From a virus, in the IMG/VR virus record IMGVR_UViG_3300032272_000003, positions 1 to 64,000 of that record: a DNA stretch of 64,000 nt. One strand, 5' to 3'. Position 1 is the first letter of the stretch. The number at the start of each line of letters is the position of its first letter. Positions 1 to 9,058 of the stretch are shown here, piece after piece. The translations under genes and the position numbers were made by a program. Below the pieces are notes generated by a model. That model did not search any database, was not told where the DNA came from, and saw only the letters and a program-made list of their open reading frames with translations.

Positions 1-807
1 GAATTGCTTTGATCAGTGGTACCTTCCAAGATTCACCAGGCACCTCGTACTGCTTAAAAACAGAATCGATCAAGCCAACTGTCATACCATGTATGAGTTT
101 CTTACTGGCATCCATTTCAGTCATATTCTTAAGACACTCGATAATAGAGGAAAGACGGTTAATATCGAGAGATGTCACATCCTTAATAACAACTTCCTCA
201 TCAACGATGATATCGAACACATCATCATCTTTCTCTACAAATCCAAATTTCTTCACATTAATCTCCTAATAATAATAATAATATGGTATTCTATAGACAA
301 TTCTATTCGATGCCAAGTTTCTGTTTGGCACACTCAAGTTCTTGAAGTGTCATCTGTCTTTCAAGTGCTGCCAACTGCTCACGGAGTTTAATCCCACGGT
401 GTATATGACGGTGTAGCTGCTCGGCAACCACCAGACATTTATACGACTGTACATACCGCATAACCTTTTCTTGATCTACTTTATCCATTACAATCTCCTC
501 GGTGGTTTACAAGGTGGCATCGGTGGTGCCTTTGGTCTTGGTGGAATTGCAATGTGTTTCGCCTGTAGATATTTCAACAATCCACTCAACAAACCTGGGT
601 CATCGCTCGTAAGACACCGCCCACAAATATGTATATACAATGGTCTAATGTTAACTGAACTTGGATATTTAATGATAGTATCATCAACATGGAATTGATA
701 CATCATTTCACGTCGGACTTCCATCTCACAACATTGACATTTATGCCAAAACAACAAAGGCCAAATCTTCCTAACACCTGTTGCGGGTTTCATTGCTGGA
801 TCACGTT

Positions 808-1176
808 TCATACGATTGCTCCTGATATAATGATGCTGCTTAATGACCAAGCGACTATCGCTGAGTACACACAAACTGATAGAATCATACAATACATTAA
901 CCACTTCTCGGCTCTGGAACCGCCATCGCTGTGATGTTTATGGACAAGTACCACCGACGCCGCTACCATAGCAAATCCCGGTACCTTCGCTATTAACAAT
1001 CCAATAATAGGGCCACATGCCTCGACGATTGGTATCAGTAATGGGTTAATCTCCATGCCGCCTGTCGAGATGATATAGTTGGTCAGAAACACATCACCGA
1101 TGCTAAGAAGCAACACAATGATGATCATCTTGTATATGAATGGCCATACGGCTTTTGGTTCTAATGGATTCATCAT
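808..1176 (-). CDS. membrane protein, DUF5658-like
   Basis: Three hydrophobic helices with D..T and E-I-N-P motif; AGGAG RBS and TTGACA/TACCAT promoter upstream. Confidence 0.55.
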   Translation of the reverse strand: MMNPLEPKAVWPFIYKMIIIVLLLSIGDVFLTNYIISTGGMEINPLLIPIVEACGPIIGLLIAKVPGFAMVAASVVLVHKHHSDGGSRAEKWLMYCMILSVCVYSAIVAWSLSSIIISGAIV

Positions 1177-1478
1177 ATTCTCCTGTAAGTGTAGTTCATG
1201 GTACCACGATTAGGATTGTGTTGTCAAAGACTTCTTGATGCGATGTACAGTTCAGCATCTTCTCGATTTCCAAACCCAACAGGAACATGATAATCATGTT
1301 CCAACGGTTGCCACCATCGCTCTTCATCATATGGATGGAGGAATCCAATTTCTACTCTATGTACATGAATCTCATAGCACTTCTTCATGCAGTAATGACA
1401 GTTTTGTCCTAGAATAGGATTGTAATATGTTTTGGACACATAAAAATCCCACTATACGTAGGTCGCCTTGCTCAGCCA

Positions 1479-1949
1479 TCAGAAAGTTATCAGTTTAACA
1501 GCGATGTCAACATCACCGATTTCATAGTAATACCTGGCAAACTCTTTTGTATAATCGATTTTAGGTATCATCCCATCACTCAGGTGAACAGCAACAACCA
1601 TGATCTTGTTTGGTGCAACCTTCACAACAGCCTCTTTGAATCTCAAATAAGAAGTTTCAAGCTCATACCCAAACAGTTCTTTCTCATACCCAAACAGTTC
1701 TTTTTGGAACGAATAGTTCGTTAGCTCCCGGTGCTCGCCGGTTATCTTTAGTCGATCAATGCTGTAGACAACACCATTCTGTAGCTGCTTGAGGCTCTTT
1801 GTTAGCTCCTTGAAGTTCGGCTTGTCGAGATGGAATCGATTGTATTTGTACACCTGCTGAGGTCTGTTGAAGACTTCCTCTTTTGTGGTGCTGTCTGGAA
1901 TACAATCCTCAAGATCATATGCCTTGATTGCTATTACTTTTGCTCTCAT
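1479..1949 (-). CDS. hypothetical protein with internal 7-aa duplication
   Basis: 156-aa ORF coupled to upstream gene; KELFGYE occurs twice. Confidence 0.6.
   Translation of the reverse strand: MRAKVIAIKAYDLEDCIPDSTTKEEVFNRPQQVYKYNRFHLDKPNFKELTKSLKQLQNGVVYSIDRLKITGEHRELTNYSFQKELFGYEKELFGYELETSYLRFKEAVVKVAPNKIMVVAVHLSDGMIPKIDYTKEFARYYYEIGDVDIAVKLITF
1662..1703. repeat. 21-bp exact tandem duplication
   Basis: ctcatacccaaacagttcttt x2. Confidence 0.9.
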
Positions 1950-2299
1950 AACATTGCCATCTTGATAGCATCGTGCATTGTGTGCTTACAGATCAGATAG
2001 AAGTATTCAATGTCATGTAAGAGTTTTGAATTGTTGGCCTGTTCAGTTGTGAGTGTCTGTAGGTATGTAGTATGGTCACGAACTGTCCATATGATTGCAA
2101 ACTCGGCATGTTCAACATGTAGTTGAAACCTACTTGATAGGTTTCTGGTCTTGACAAAGTGAACCAAGCCATGTCTGGCCCTAAACGGGCGTCTCACGTA
2201 CCCACCAGTACCATCCAGTATATCGCCACGGAAGATGGCAACTATATAGTTGTCTTCTTCTAGGGATTTCACAACATCTTTGGGCAGCTCCATCAACAT
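1946..2299 (-). CDS. hypothetical protein
   Basis: 117-aa ORF, overlapping stop/start with neighbours. Confidence 0.6.
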   Translation of the reverse strand: MLMELPKDVVKSLEEDNYIVAIFRGDILDGTGGYVRRPFRARHGLVHFVKTRNLSSRFQLHVEHAEFAIIWTVRDHTTYLQTLTTEQANNSKLLHDIEYFYLICKHTMHDAIKMAML

Positions 2300-2850
2300 C
2301 AGCTAGTCCGTTTATAAAAAATATGTGTTTCTATTACCATTATTTGTCTCAAGAATTGTGACCACCAAGGATTCACATAATCTGCATGATAATGGGTCGC
2401 GCCCATTGTGAAGTCTTCTATGCCGGATTCGGTGGATAGCAGGGCCGACGCCAACAGCATTGCCTCATCCCATACTTTTTGATTAAGAGGTGTATCACTC
2501 TTACCGTCAAGTGTCCAACTAAATTGGGCAACCCATTTACCAGTATCAGGATGACGACGTTTCCGCCACACCACTTCGCAGATTGTGTTCCTGAACCTCT
2601 TACTCACTACTCTGTTCAATGTCACGAGGCCGACCGCAAGTTTACCACGCAATGACTGATTCTCTGCTTCGAAATAGATATTCTTGGCCATGCACGTCAG
2701 TTCCTCTGGACGATGTATCCTCACCGTAGGTGCCAGCATGGGTGTAGTGGTAAACGACTGATCTGGGGCTTCTACGTCGTTTGCATAGCTATTGTATGCA
2801 AATAGATATATCAGCAAACATATGAAGTATTTCACTGTAACGTATCCCAA
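2299..2850 (-). CDS. SleB-like cell wall hydrolase (Hydrolase_2)
   Basis: N-terminal signal/TM; CMAKNIYFEA, AVGLVTLNRV, QFSW, GATHYHADYVNPWW, HIFY motifs. Confidence 0.9.
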   Translation of the reverse strand: MGYVTVKYFICLLIYLFAYNSYANDVEAPDQSFTTTPMLAPTVRIHRPEELTCMAKNIYFEAENQSLRGKLAVGLVTLNRVVSKRFRNTICEVVWRKRRHPDTGKWVAQFSWTLDGKSDTPLNQKVWDEAMLLASALLSTESGIEDFTMGATHYHADYVNPWWSQFLRQIMVIETHIFYKRTS

Positions 2851-3265
2851 CGATCAAGGGTCGCTTTTGTGTGGCCATCTTCACAGTGAGCGACAATATC
2901 CTTACCTACTATCTCAACCCCTTGTAGTCCGTCATGGCACCGGCACTGTTGTTCACCTACATCATACATGTACGTTATCTTGAACTCGTATGGATTCTCA
3001 GGCTTATCAACCGCCATACTCAATAACAGGATTATGATGAACATTACTGCGAATTCAATTTTCATGCCGTCTCCTATATGAATGATTTACCACAAATTTT
3101 ACACTTGAATGTAACAGGATCAATGACACACATCTCTGACTTGCCACACCTCTTACAGTAATGATACCGCAACTGGTAACGATCTGCAACCCATTTGTGG
3201 TCACACTTGTCGTAATATTCGTCGTTAGGTTCCGGGTCTATCTCGTACCGTGCCATTAGATCGCC

Positions 3266-3631
3266 TCATAGATCGCTATCTGCCTTGTGGAATAATACCA
3301 TATCGTTATAGAACTCGTCAAACGCTGATATTGACCATCTAATCACATCCGCGTCGTTACGATCTGCAATCATTACAGTCTCGGTGAACGATTCAATAGA
3401 AGGTCGTATGACTTCCCCCCTCTGTTCTTTAAGATGGTATGATGGGCAGTTATAGACAATACGTGTTGTATATATTACACAATCCACATCAGAATCTATT
3501 TCCCCCGGCCTACCAATGAACACACGATAAGTCGTTACAAAACATTCATAATTGTTGCCAACTTTTCTTACTTCTTCGTATAAGACTGTACCGCCACATT
3601 CTAATTTATAACCAATTCTCTGCCTATTCAA
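3266..3631 (-). CDS. hypothetical protein
   Basis: 121-aa ORF with AAGGA RBS. Confidence 0.55.
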   Translation of the reverse strand: MNRQRIGYKLECGGTVLYEEVRKVGNNYECFVTTYRVFIGRPGEIDSDVDCVIYTTRIVYNCPSYHLKEQRGEVIRPSIESFTETVMIADRNDADVIRWSISAFDEFYNDMVLFHKADSDL

Positions 3632-3650
3632 TTGTATTATCCTTTAAATT

Positions 3651-3680
3651 AAAAAAGGGGTCGGTATGGTGGCCGACCCC
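3651..3680 (-). terminator. intrinsic terminator
   Basis: GGGGTCGG-loop-CCGACCCC followed by T6 on the minus strand. Confidence 0.85.
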
Positions 3681-3687
3681 AATAGGT

Positions 3688-3762
3688 GCAGGACACTACC
3701 CCTGCTTCACACTGACTGGGACAACTTCCCAGTCCACGAGATAGAGGGACACTACTCCCTCT
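3688..3762 (-). repeat. three tandem 3'-UTR hairpins with related loops
   Basis: AGAGGGAGTAGTGTCCCTCT, GACTGGGAAGTTGTCCCAGTC, GCAGGGGTAGTGTCCTGC. Confidence 0.75.
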
Positions 3763-3768
3763 CACACA

Positions 3769-4035
3769 TTAATCGTCGAGTGCCATCATCATATAGGCAC
3801 GGTCGAAGTTGGGGTTCGAGAAACCCAGTCGTGACTGGTGAACCTCCAACTCAAGTAATTCTAGGCCGGGATTTGCAAGAGTAAAAATTTCTTGGTGGAA
3901 TTCTTTATCGAAATCATCATCCATCGGCTGCATTGAGTACATGACTACAGACTTCTGTTTTGACAAGATCACCTGGTCAAGGATAGCTACTACTTTATCG
4001 TCTGCCCGGTTGCCTGGTAAAATCTGCATGTTCAT
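3769..4035 (-). CDS. hypothetical early protein
   Basis: 88 aa, AGGAG RBS, TTGACA upstream. Confidence 0.7.
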   Translation of the reverse strand: MNMQILPGNRADDKVVAILDQVILSKQKSVVMYSMQPMDDDFDKEFHQEIFTLANPGLELLELEVHQSRLGFSNPNFDRAYMMMALDD

Positions 4036-4092
4036 GTTCTCCTAGTGAAGTTCTATTGTCTCATGATTGAGACGTTGCTGTCAATAACTATT

Positions 4093-4311
4093 TTAGAAAT
4101 ACCACCGTCTCCAGCAATACACACGCTTACGGACGGTCACGTTGTGGCTCAAGCTAACCCCCCTGACGCCACTTTTACCGTGCATCAGTGCATAGGCATT
4201 GGCAAGGCTGTACGCCCTGTCCTCGCTGCCGTACTCTTCTGGGCTAAAGTCTTTGGCGATAGTCGAATCTTGACTACTGACCACGGTAAAGTACATTGAA
4301 GAATCACTCAT
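4093..4311 (-). CDS. hypothetical protein
   Basis: 72 aa, ATGA overlap with upstream gene. Confidence 0.6.
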   Translation of the reverse strand: MSDSSMYFTVVSSQDSTIAKDFSPEEYGSEDRAYSLANAYALMHGKSGVRGVSLSHNVTVRKRVYCWRRWYF

Positions 4312-4601
4312 CGCAGGTTCCCCGGTAGCTTGTCTTTTTGTAGGAGGATACGCTGTTCCAGTCCTAACATAAGACGTTGTACACCGTCAAGCTTAGCAAG
4401 GGATTGTTTGGTCTCATGACCGACTTCGACTATCTTCTTACCCAGACTGTAATAGTTTGGGTACTTCAGATTGCCGTAGTAGTCCTTAGCTTCGGCCTTA
4501 TCGAAAGAAGCAAATTCTACTTTAGTCTTGGCCCTACCATCTTCACCACTACTTGTCACTATGTAGACGATACGATCTTCGTCACTAGATGTATCGGTCA
4601 T
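4308..4601 (-). CDS. hypothetical protein
   Basis: 97 aa, AAGGAG RBS. Confidence 0.65.
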   Translation of the reverse strand: MTDTSSDEDRIVYIVTSSGEDGRAKTKVEFASFDKAEAKDYYGNLKYPNYYSLGKKIVEVGHETKQSLAKLDGVQRLMLGLEQRILLQKDKLPGNLR

Positions 4602-4603
4602 GA

Positions 4604-4741
4604 TTATGCTCCTTTACGTGGTGCATAGGTTACAGCCCAACGTTTGCCTGCTGGTGCGTTCGTGCCATTGTCTGTAAGGCGCTTGTTGGCTTTGTTGTTG
4701 AATTTACGGGCCAGTGTACGAGTTTTGAAGAAAATCTGCAT
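4604..4741 (-). CDS. small basic early protein (45 aa, not in ORF track)
   Basis: MQIFFKTRTLARKF...GKRWAVTYAPRKGA; AGGAG RBS, stem-loop leader and promoter directly upstream. Confidence 0.75.
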   Translation of the reverse strand: MQIFFKTRTLARKFNNKANKRLTDNGTNAPAGKRWAVTYAPRKGA

Positions 4742-4787
4742 GGTGTGTCTCCTGTTAGTGTTTGGCTTGATTGCCTAGTGGTGGTTC

Positions 4788-4816
4788 ATTCTCCCACGTC
4801 CCTATGAGCATGTCAA
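4788..4816 (-). promoter_or_regulatory. sigma70-type early promoter
   Basis: TTGACA-17-GAGAAT. Confidence 0.7.
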
Positions 4817-5054
4817 TACTTATTTTGGCATTCCCATAGCAACCACCAAACGTAGGGCTTTGACTTGTGCCTTTTTGATGTTGCTACGATACTTGTTTTC
4901 AATCCAACGTGGCATTTTGCGAACTGCCTTAAGGTCGAACTCCATCTTCTCAACGGCAAGACGATACATATTGATAGCGATAGCCATCTCATCTCGAACA
5001 TCTTCGACAAAAAAGTCTGGTACTACAATTGTTTCGGTTTCCATGACCATTCTC

Positions 5055-5375
5055 CTACCAGTTGTATTTAATGTCGGCATCGGCACTATCAATTCTTACA
5101 GGATTGCCGGTTAGATGTAACCGATCATTAAACTCATGCAAGACGCTATAAAAGTTTTTGAAGCATAGACGATCATCGTCGAGAGGGGTGTTGTCCTTGT
5201 CATAGAAGGCGGCAGTACCCATACCCATACAGAATGAAGTTGCTGCATTCTTGGACCGCAACACCTTACGGGCTTCATTCTCTACCAGTACCATGGCATG
5301 GTCGGTTGCCTGATTAATGAGATTTTCAACGCTGTCAAACTCCCGCTGTAAACCTTTTGGTATATTATTACTCAT
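5055..5375 (-). CDS. hypothetical protein
   Basis: 106 aa, GGAGG RBS, ATGA coupling. Confidence 0.65.
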   Translation of the reverse strand: MSNNIPKGLQREFDSVENLINQATDHAMVLVENEARKVLRSKNAATSFCMGMGTAAFYDKDNTPLDDDRLCFKNFYSVLHEFNDRLHLTGNPVRIDSADADIKYNW

Positions 5376-6112
5376 GATACACCTCCAGCAAAAGCGGCCT
5401 GACGAACTGACAAAGGAACACGATTAACAATAAAGGTTTTCAATTGTTTAATCTTCTCTTTCTGCAACTCTACAATATGATGTTCCACCACATCAATAGC
5501 ACAGCTTTCGATGTAGTTATCACGGTCGATACCAAAGTAACCCCAACTCGAATCAAGCTGCTCACCATCTTGATCTTCAACGATGTAACCGTAGACGTTA
5601 CCACTTAGATAGTCGTTGTAGGTCTCAACTTCACCCTGCAAACAATTGATAACATGGGCCATTTTCTTTTTACTGATAATCTTACCACCGAACTCTTCCA
5701 AAACACGTTCGGCTGTAATGTATATGTACCCAACATCGCTGGTATCCCAAGCACAGCCGGGGTGGCCGGTGCTCATAGAAAGGCCGCTATGGTCGTACAA
5801 GTACAGAGGTAGGGCGATGAGGCGTGGGATATTGTTAAGGGCTTCACGGGCTTCAGCTTCATCATAAGCCATGCAGTTGTTGATCATGAACTCATAAGCA
5901 TCCAGCTTACTTCCCTCTTGAGCCATAAGTTTGGCGTGAACTTCTTTCGGGGTGTATTCTGGACTATCATCGCCTAGGTTATAGTTGCTATGGGTACAGG
6001 TCATAACAGCGAGATTGTCCCATTCTATACGGGGGTTGATCGAATCGTCGTCCTGTTCAATCTTGATTGTAAAGCCTTTGTAGTCGTTTGTTCCAATTTC
6101 TAAAGTATTCAT
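5372..6112 (-). CDS. conserved phage/mobile-element hypothetical protein
   Basis: LPLYLYDHSG...WD..DVGYIY and Y..G.VYGY...DSSWGYFG motifs recalled from an uncharacterised family. Confidence 0.65.
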   Translation of the reverse strand: MNTLEIGTNDYKGFTIKIEQDDDSINPRIEWDNLAVMTCTHSNYNLGDDSPEYTPKEVHAKLMAQEGSKLDAYEFMINNCMAYDEAEAREALNNIPRLIALPLYLYDHSGLSMSTGHPGCAWDTSDVGYIYITAERVLEEFGGKIISKKKMAHVINCLQGEVETYNDYLSGNVYGYIVEDQDGEQLDSSWGYFGIDRDNYIESCAIDVVEHHIVELQKEKIKQLKTFIVNRVPLSVRQAAFAGGVS

Positions 6113-6159
6113 AGTATTGTCCTCGTAGTGGTTTGGCTTGATTGCCTAGTGTGTAACCA

Positions 6160-6188
6160 ATAGTCTCACATGGCTGGTACAGTGTCAA
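6160..6188 (-). promoter_or_regulatory. sigma70-type early promoter
   Basis: TTGACA-17-GACTAT. Confidence 0.7.
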
Positions 6189-6930
6189 GCGTTTTGTTTA
6201 GCTTTTCAAAACTTTCTGCTCTTTCTGCCAGTACATCATTTAATTATTCTTGCAACTGGATAGCATCAACAGCGATTGAGACGACCGTGGTGCCGGTATT
6301 GACCTGAATGGTTACACTGCCCTTATGAGTCAGATAACCGTCGTCATAGACCGTCAGAGTGTCCTCTAGGCCAAAGCCGAACAACTGGAATAGCTTACTC
6401 TTCAGACTCATGCTTCAGATTCTCCTGTATTTCAATGGCGGACAATTCCGCGTCTCTAACAACCCCCGCCCAGAATACCGTGTGGTACTTAAAGCGAACA
6501 CACGGCTGGCAAGGTCTGGCAATCCGTTAGGTTAGCAACACGCTTACGCCACTTATTGAACTTTTTAGATTCTGCCCTGTTCACGCTTCAGACTCCAGTA
6601 AACCAGCATACATAATAAAGACATTCCGCAATGCACCGATTTTAGCAACATCCGTGCCACTTTGGTCTCTGATAGTACACTCAATCCCACGGTTTTGGGC
6701 GACTAGAATGGCGTCCTTAAGCTTGTCAAACGTAGTCTGGGCTGTATAGTTCAAGTTTGGAAAGAAGAGCGAATACATAATTTTAATCCTCGTCAGTGTC
6801 AAGTTCAAAAGTATGGCCATGACCATACACGCATTCACCGTACCATGCTGTTTCTGGTGTGTCGGTTGTCTGTTCAACTGGACAACCACACACGGGGCAT
6901 TCTGGACGGCTACCGATATAAGTAAAGATA

Positions 6931-7461
6931 TCAATCATTTAATAATTCCTCCAGCTTGTCTTCATCAATCAAAACCAAACCATTCAGTTTGGCAAGCCTT
7001 TCTGCATTCTCTTGGTGCAACTGCACACTAAAACCAGTCCCGCCTTGCTCTGCCATGGTACGATAGGTGCGGAATGTAACCTCGTTAAACACCCGATCAA
7101 TCTGGCCATGGTTTGGAACCGCATAGTCCACTTTGCTAGGCTTTACCAGATAAACTTGCTTGTTGCCATAACAGTCGAACATGATATTAACCTCAACCAG
7201 TAAATCAAGATAAGGATAGGCCACGGATTTTATTACTGTTTCGCGGTCTAAGTCTGGGTATTGCATCCAAAGGTCATCAACCTGTTTGATGAAGTTGTCG
7301 GCCTCATCGCCTTGTAAGAAAATATAAGGTTCGTCACCACTAACCAAGTTAGTTTTATGTTCGTAGATGTTTACCCAACTCATCGAACTGTTAACGTCGA
7401 CCAGCACTTGATAGTTATCAACAAATTTAGCCTGTTGCTTTACTATTTCTTGCAAGTCCAT
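6931..7461 (-). CDS. hypothetical protein (possibly two fused genes)
   Basis: 176-aa ORF with internal GAGG RBS and in-frame ATG at 7182. Confidence 0.55.
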   Translation of the reverse strand: MDLQEIVKQQAKFVDNYQVLVDVNSSMSWVNIYEHKTNLVSGDEPYIFLQGDEADNFIKQVDDLWMQYPDLDRETVIKSVAYPYLDLLVEVNIMFDCYGNKQVYLVKPSKVDYAVPNHGQIDRVFNEVTFRTYRTMAEQGGTGFSVQLHQENAERLAKLNGLVLIDEDKLEELLND

Positions 7462-7464
7462 TAT

Positions 7465-7737
7465 CTAGCCCTCGCCGTTATAAGTGTCGGTAACACCTGC
7501 CATGAACTGCACAAAGTTGTTGCAAGGTTCGGTGATTTCAAGCATGGCCTGATATTGGTCACCGACACAAAAATAAACTGGTTCGTTTGTAATACTTTCC
7601 GCAACCGTTGCCACTTGTTCAGCACATGCGAACCCATCAACATGATGATACACGTCCACAACTTCCCGATTATCACCCGTGCCAATAATTAAATTCCAAC
7701 CTTGTTTTGCTTTTGAATATTTTGTATAAAAACTCAT
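7465..7737 (-). CDS. hypothetical early protein
   Basis: Start reassigned to MSFYTKY behind GAGGA RBS and stem-loop leader. Confidence 0.65.
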   Translation of the reverse strand: MSFYTKYSKAKQGWNLIIGTGDNREVVDVYHHVDGFACAEQVATVAESITNEPVYFCVGDQYQAMLEITEPCNNFVQFMAGVTDTYNGEG

Positions 7738-7799
7738 AGTGTATATCCTCGTTTTCAGTGTGGGCTTTATTGCCCAGTGTCGTCCAGTTTGGTGCAATT

Positions 7800-8207
7800 T
7801 TAGAGCAAAGATTCCAGCTTTAAAATGTGCATTTTGTTGTGGTTAATTTCAGAGGCCCGACGTTCGTTTGTCGCCTTGCGTGTTCTTGGTTTGGCTATGT
7901 CACGGGCCAGCTGATCGTTATCAGAATGCAAGCTTCTAATAGCCGTTTTTATCGCGGTTTCGGTATAGTCCAAAGATTCGCGGGTATTGACTTGCACCAT
8001 CTCAGGGTAGCCAGCAAGGCGACGGGCCTCGCTTTGATGCTTTGATGTGGAATTAGAATAAGAGTAGGCATTAAACAAAATCACGCCTTTATACTCTTTC
8101 ATAAACTGCCAGTGACCATAAGAACGCGCCTCGTGTGTTTCGGGGTTAAAAGTGAAACTGCCAGTGCTGTTTTCATATTGTCCGCGACGCTTGATAAATT
8201 TAGCCAT
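7800..8207 (-). CDS. conserved phage early hypothetical protein
   Basis: SYGHW and YSNSTSKHQ motifs; GAGGA RBS with stem-loop leader. Confidence 0.7.
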   Translation of the reverse strand: MAKFIKRRGQYENSTGSFTFNPETHEARSYGHWQFMKEYKGVILFNAYSYSNSTSKHQSEARRLAGYPEMVQVNTRESLDYTETAIKTAIRSLHSDNDQLARDIAKPRTRKATNERRASEINHNKMHILKLESLL

Positions 8208-8300
8208 TTTTATATCCTCGTTTTTGTGTGTGTGTGGGCTTTATTGCCCTAGTGTGTTACTTAAGTTATCGGTATTCTATTCTAAAACTTTAGCCTTATT

Positions 8301-8477
8301 TTATTGAGGCACTACGACTAGAGCTATTCGACCGTCTCTAGTTTCATACGAGCTTGTGGCCCCTATAGTCTTTGCAACCCTGTTAATGCCGAACCTGTCC
8401 GCCTTTTTTGGGAAGATAAGCACTGTAGCACCATCTTCTCTTTCAAATACTCTGACATTATTATCAATCACCCTCAT
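8301..8477 (-). CDS. small hypothetical protein (58 aa, not in ORF track)
   Basis: MRVIDNNVRVFEREDG...; GAGGAG RBS (GTG start also possible); promoter at 8504-8533. Confidence 0.6.
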   Translation of the reverse strand: MRVIDNNVRVFEREDGATVLIFPKKADRFGINRVAKTIGATSSYETRDGRIALVVVPQ

Positions 8478-8503
8478 CTCCTCTTTGTTGTTAACTTAAA
8501 AAC

Positions 8504-8533
8504 AGATTAACCCGGAAAGGTGTAGGCCGTCAA
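8504..8533 (-). promoter_or_regulatory. sigma70-type promoter heading the early region
   Basis: TTGACG-18-TAATCT. Confidence 0.6.
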
Positions 8534-8580
8534 CTAAAAGTTTTATCAATAGAAACAACGACTTAGAGATGATAGTTTGC

Positions 8581-8593
8581 TAAGTGATTGATT
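8581..8593 (-). promoter_or_regulatory. IHF binding site
   Basis: AATCAATCACTTA, perfect WATCAANNNNTTR. Confidence 0.65.
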
Positions 8594-8773
8594 TTACTAC
8601 AGAATTTATTTTGAAATAGTTTTGGGCTGGTTTCGCTCTATATAGAGCGGGAAACGTGAACGGGTAACACTGGCCAGAATGGCAGACAAGCCCACCACGG
8701 GCCGATTTTTGCTATGGGATACCATGACAAGGCACGGCACGATAAAACAGCACACGGGCAAAATGGCTATAAC

Positions 8774-8894
8774 TGGCACAAATTGTGCAAGCCCAAAAAC
8801 CATGCCAACAAACCTGGCCCCAAACTTGCACAGCATAACCCGTGCCAAGTGTCTTAGCATAAACCGTGCCAAAAAAGTTGGCACATTTATTGCA
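8774..8894. promoter_or_regulatory. array of five sigma54 (RpoN) -24/-12 boxes
   Basis: +8774 TGGCACAAATTGTGCA; +8815 TGGCCCCAAACTTGCA; -8847 TGGCACGGGTTATGCT; -8871 TGGCACGGTTTATGCT; +8879 TGGCACATTTATTGCA; all GG-N10-GC. Confidence 0.75.
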
Positions 8895-8902
8895 TACGCT
8901 GC

Positions 8903-8915
8903 TAAGTCATTGATT
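8903..8915 (-). promoter_or_regulatory. IHF binding site
   Basis: AATCAATGACTTA, perfect consensus. Confidence 0.7.
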
Positions 8916-8921
8916 TATTTA

Positions 8922-8978
8922 TGCACCAAAATGGCGCATTTAATGCACCAAAATAATTTATTGCACCAAAATAGTGCA
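8922..8978. promoter_or_regulatory. NtrC-type enhancer sites
   Basis: TGCACCAAAATGGCGCA (8922-8938), half-site TGCACCAAAAT (8944), TGCACCAAAATAGTGCA (8962-8978); consensus TGCACC-N5-GGTGCA. Confidence 0.7.
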
Positions 8979-9000
8979 ATAAAATTAATAAAAGAATAGT

Positions 9001-9028
9001 AAAATAACCCCTATAGGGGGGTTATTTT
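9001..9028. terminator. bidirectional terminator-like hairpin
   Basis: AAAATAACCCC-TATAGG-GGGGTTATTTT. Confidence 0.7.
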
Positions 9029-9058
9029 AAACTTAAATTTATAAATTTAAGTTACTTA

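Noticed and set aside
7780-7796. Additional NtrC-like site TGCACCAAACTGGACGA
   Set aside because: Only one half matches and no sigma54 box is adjacent; too weak to call.
8774-8978. Repeats as a CRISPR array
   Set aside because: Units are 16-17 bp, degenerate, in mixed orientation and irregularly spaced; no cas genes.
8606-8999. ORFs 8606..8884 (-) and 8679..8999 (+)
   Set aside because: No RBS; their sequences simply translate the repeated DNA motifs, so the region is better read as non-coding.
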